The position numbers and the translations under genes are program-made. This document shows positions 45,683-46,979 of a DNA stretch of 46,979 bases, one piece after another. The stretch spans positions 1 to 46,979 of the forward strand of contig JBDRKI010000049.1 in assembly GCA_043814095.1 (NCBI GenBank), in the 5' to 3' direction. The notes below the pieces were generated by a model that saw only the letters and a list, made by a program, of their open reading frames with translations, was not told the DNA's origin and ran no database searches. The DNA comes from Armatimonadota bacterium. GTDB lineage: Bacteria; Vulcanimicrobiota; JACPDS01; JBDRKI01. Within the stretch, counting starts at the first letter, position 1, and each line of letters begins with the position of its first letter.

Positions 45683-46685
45683 TTAATTCTCTCCATGAAA
45701 GATCAGTCACAAAACCAAGTGCTTTAAGGCTGTTTAAGGGCATTGAAACAGGATCCCTGTATTCGGGATACTTTTTATTAACAGCTTTTATAACATAAAA
45801 AGGAGCCAGCACAAAAAAGAGTTCTGTGGGTAATTTATGCTGCTTTGAGAATGTATTAAGCATTTTTGAGAATATATTATACCCTCTTCCCGAAGGGGTA
45901 AAAAACTCATTAAAATTATCTTTCTCAGAACGACCGGAGTTATATAGCATCGCAAAATGAAAGACCAGCATAAAGAAATCATCATAGACTGAGTTTTTAA
46001 TTACACATTCCTCCCAGTCAACAACATTTACTTTACTACGGTCAACCAGTATATTCCACTGGTCAAAATCTCCCTGGCTCACAGCCCGGGGTACCGTAAC
46101 TCCTTTATGTTTATAAATAAGTTCTGCAATATTAATAAGTTTCTCCCTTAACAGCAGATCAACTGCAGGGTTTTCTTTCAAAAACTTATCCAGCTCATTA
46201 AAAATATTTTCTTTGATCCATGCATCATCTATAACAAAACCTGTATTCTTTGTAGCTTCCTGAAATTCTAAAAGCCACTTTAATCCTGCTTCAAGATAAA
46301 AAGATATATCTTCCCAGTTAACTACATTACTGCTATTTATCTTCTTTTTCTGCTGTTCCCCTTTAAGAAAGGTTTCGCAAAAAATAATATTGTCCGCACT
46401 CTTTTCACAGAATATAGGCTGTGGCAAACCTTCTTTAAATTTACCGTAGACATACCTCAAATTATTATATTCATTCTCTATTGCGGTAAAATAACCGGGG
46501 GTCCTGTTTACTTTCAATAAAAATCTGGGGGTATCCTCATCATTTACAAATAAATAAAACAAGACCGAAGAATACTTTCCCGGTCTTGAGGCTACTTTCA
46601 TTAAACTAAAACCGGTATCAGATGATAAATCCGGAAAAAGCCTTATCTTATTATCTGTTAAATATTGTTCTATTATCCCGAGCAA
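45666..46685 (-). CDS. APH/choline-kinase-like phosphotransferase
   Basis: FLLKV, QGDFDQWNILV, VVDWE motifs. Start set at TTG 46685 (GGGGA RBS); ORF track 46730. Confidence 0.8.
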   Translation of the reverse strand: MLGIIEQYLTDNKIRLFPDLSSDTGFSLMKVASRPGKYSSVLFYLFVNDEDTPRFLLKVNRTPGYFTAIENEYNNLRYVYGKFKEGLPQPIFCEKSADNIIFCETFLKGEQQKKKINSSNVVNWEDISFYLEAGLKWLLEFQEATKNTGFVIDDAWIKENIFNELDKFLKENPAVDLLLREKLINIAELIYKHKGVTVPRAVSQGDFDQWNILVDRSKVNVVDWEECVIKNSVYDDFFMLVFHFAMLYNSGRSEKDNFNEFFTPSGRGYNIFSKMLNTFSKQHKLPTELFFVLAPFYVIKAVNKKYPEYRDPVSMPLNSLKALGFVTDLSWRELNAGKN

Positions 46686-46768
46686 TGCAATATCCCCAAA
46701 ATAAAAGTATAATAAATAAAATACAAGCATTTTTGCGGAAAAATGCTTAATATTTATTATTAACTAAA

Positions 46769-46797
46769 ATTTTATTTTAATAAGAGGCTTTTGTCAA
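46769..46797 (-). promoter_or_regulatory. Promoter at the head of the phosphonate/glycan operon
   Basis: Minus strand TTGACA (46797-46792) - 17 nt - TAAAAT (46774-46769). Confidence 0.65.
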
Positions 46798-46813
46798 TAT
46801 TGATGATAGATAG

Positions 46814-46979
46814 TGTCAAGGCAATTTAGAAATGTCCTATTCTTAGCAAATTAGAAATGTCACATTTTCACATCTAGGCCACCTTTCTATCCTCTCCGGC
46901 TTTAGCCGTATTTTTGGTTATTGGAAATCTCTTCCATGGATGATCCGCAGAGGGTGCATATGTTCTCTCAGATGGCTGT
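46814..46979 (-). mobile_element. End of an ISNCY/IS1202-like insertion sequence (partial)
   Basis: TGTCAAG terminus at 46814; two sub-terminal 16-bp repeats GCAA(T/A)TTAGAAATGTC at 46821-46836 and 46846-46861; adjacent transposase-like C-terminus. Confidence 0.72.
46874..46979 (-). CDS. Transposase C-terminal fragment (truncated by window edge)
   Basis: Manual translation ...QPSERTYAPSADHPWKRFPITKNTAKAGEDRKVA*; PxxDHPW(K/R) is typical of ISNCY/IS1202-type transposase tails. Confidence 0.68.
   Translation of the reverse strand, partial: QPSERTYAPSADHPWKRFPITKNTAKAGEDRKVA

Noticed and set aside
46791-46819. Hybrid promoter formed by the IS outward TTGACA, and a dif/Xer site at the insertion point
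   Set aside because: No -10 at 16-18 nt spacing from the IS hexamer, and no convincing XerC/XerD arm pattern in the flank.

Overview
AT-rich bacterial window, almost entirely on the minus strand. In transcription order (right to left): the end of an ISNCY/IS1202-like insertion sequence (46814-46979), a ~43 kb surface-glycan locus (46.7-3.5 kb), and the str operon (rpsL-rpsG-fusA-tuf, tuf cut by the window edge). The glycan locus carries a predicted 2-hydroxyethylphosphonate (HEP) pathway (PepM fused to a cytidylyltransferase, split phosphonopyruvate decarboxylase, Fe-ADH reductase, second cytidylyltransferase, CDP-alcohol phosphotransferase), seven radical SAM enzymes with SPASM/twitch-like C-termini, three DegT-family aminotransferases, AsnB/WbqC/GNAT tailoring genes, GT2/GT4 and GT-C-like glycosyltransferases, Wza/PCP-like export genes, two tandem geranylgeranyl-reductase-family genes, an orphan pilin-like gene and two type II toxin-antitoxin pairs. 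The most striking pattern: each of the three DegT genes lies immediately downstream of a radical SAM gene, while I recognise no NAD-dependent sugar dehydratase/dehydrogenase in the window. This suggests radical-SAM-driven amino-sugar formation in a phosphonoglycan pathway (hypothesis). All calls come from reading motifs by eye; no database searches were run and taxonomy is not assigned.
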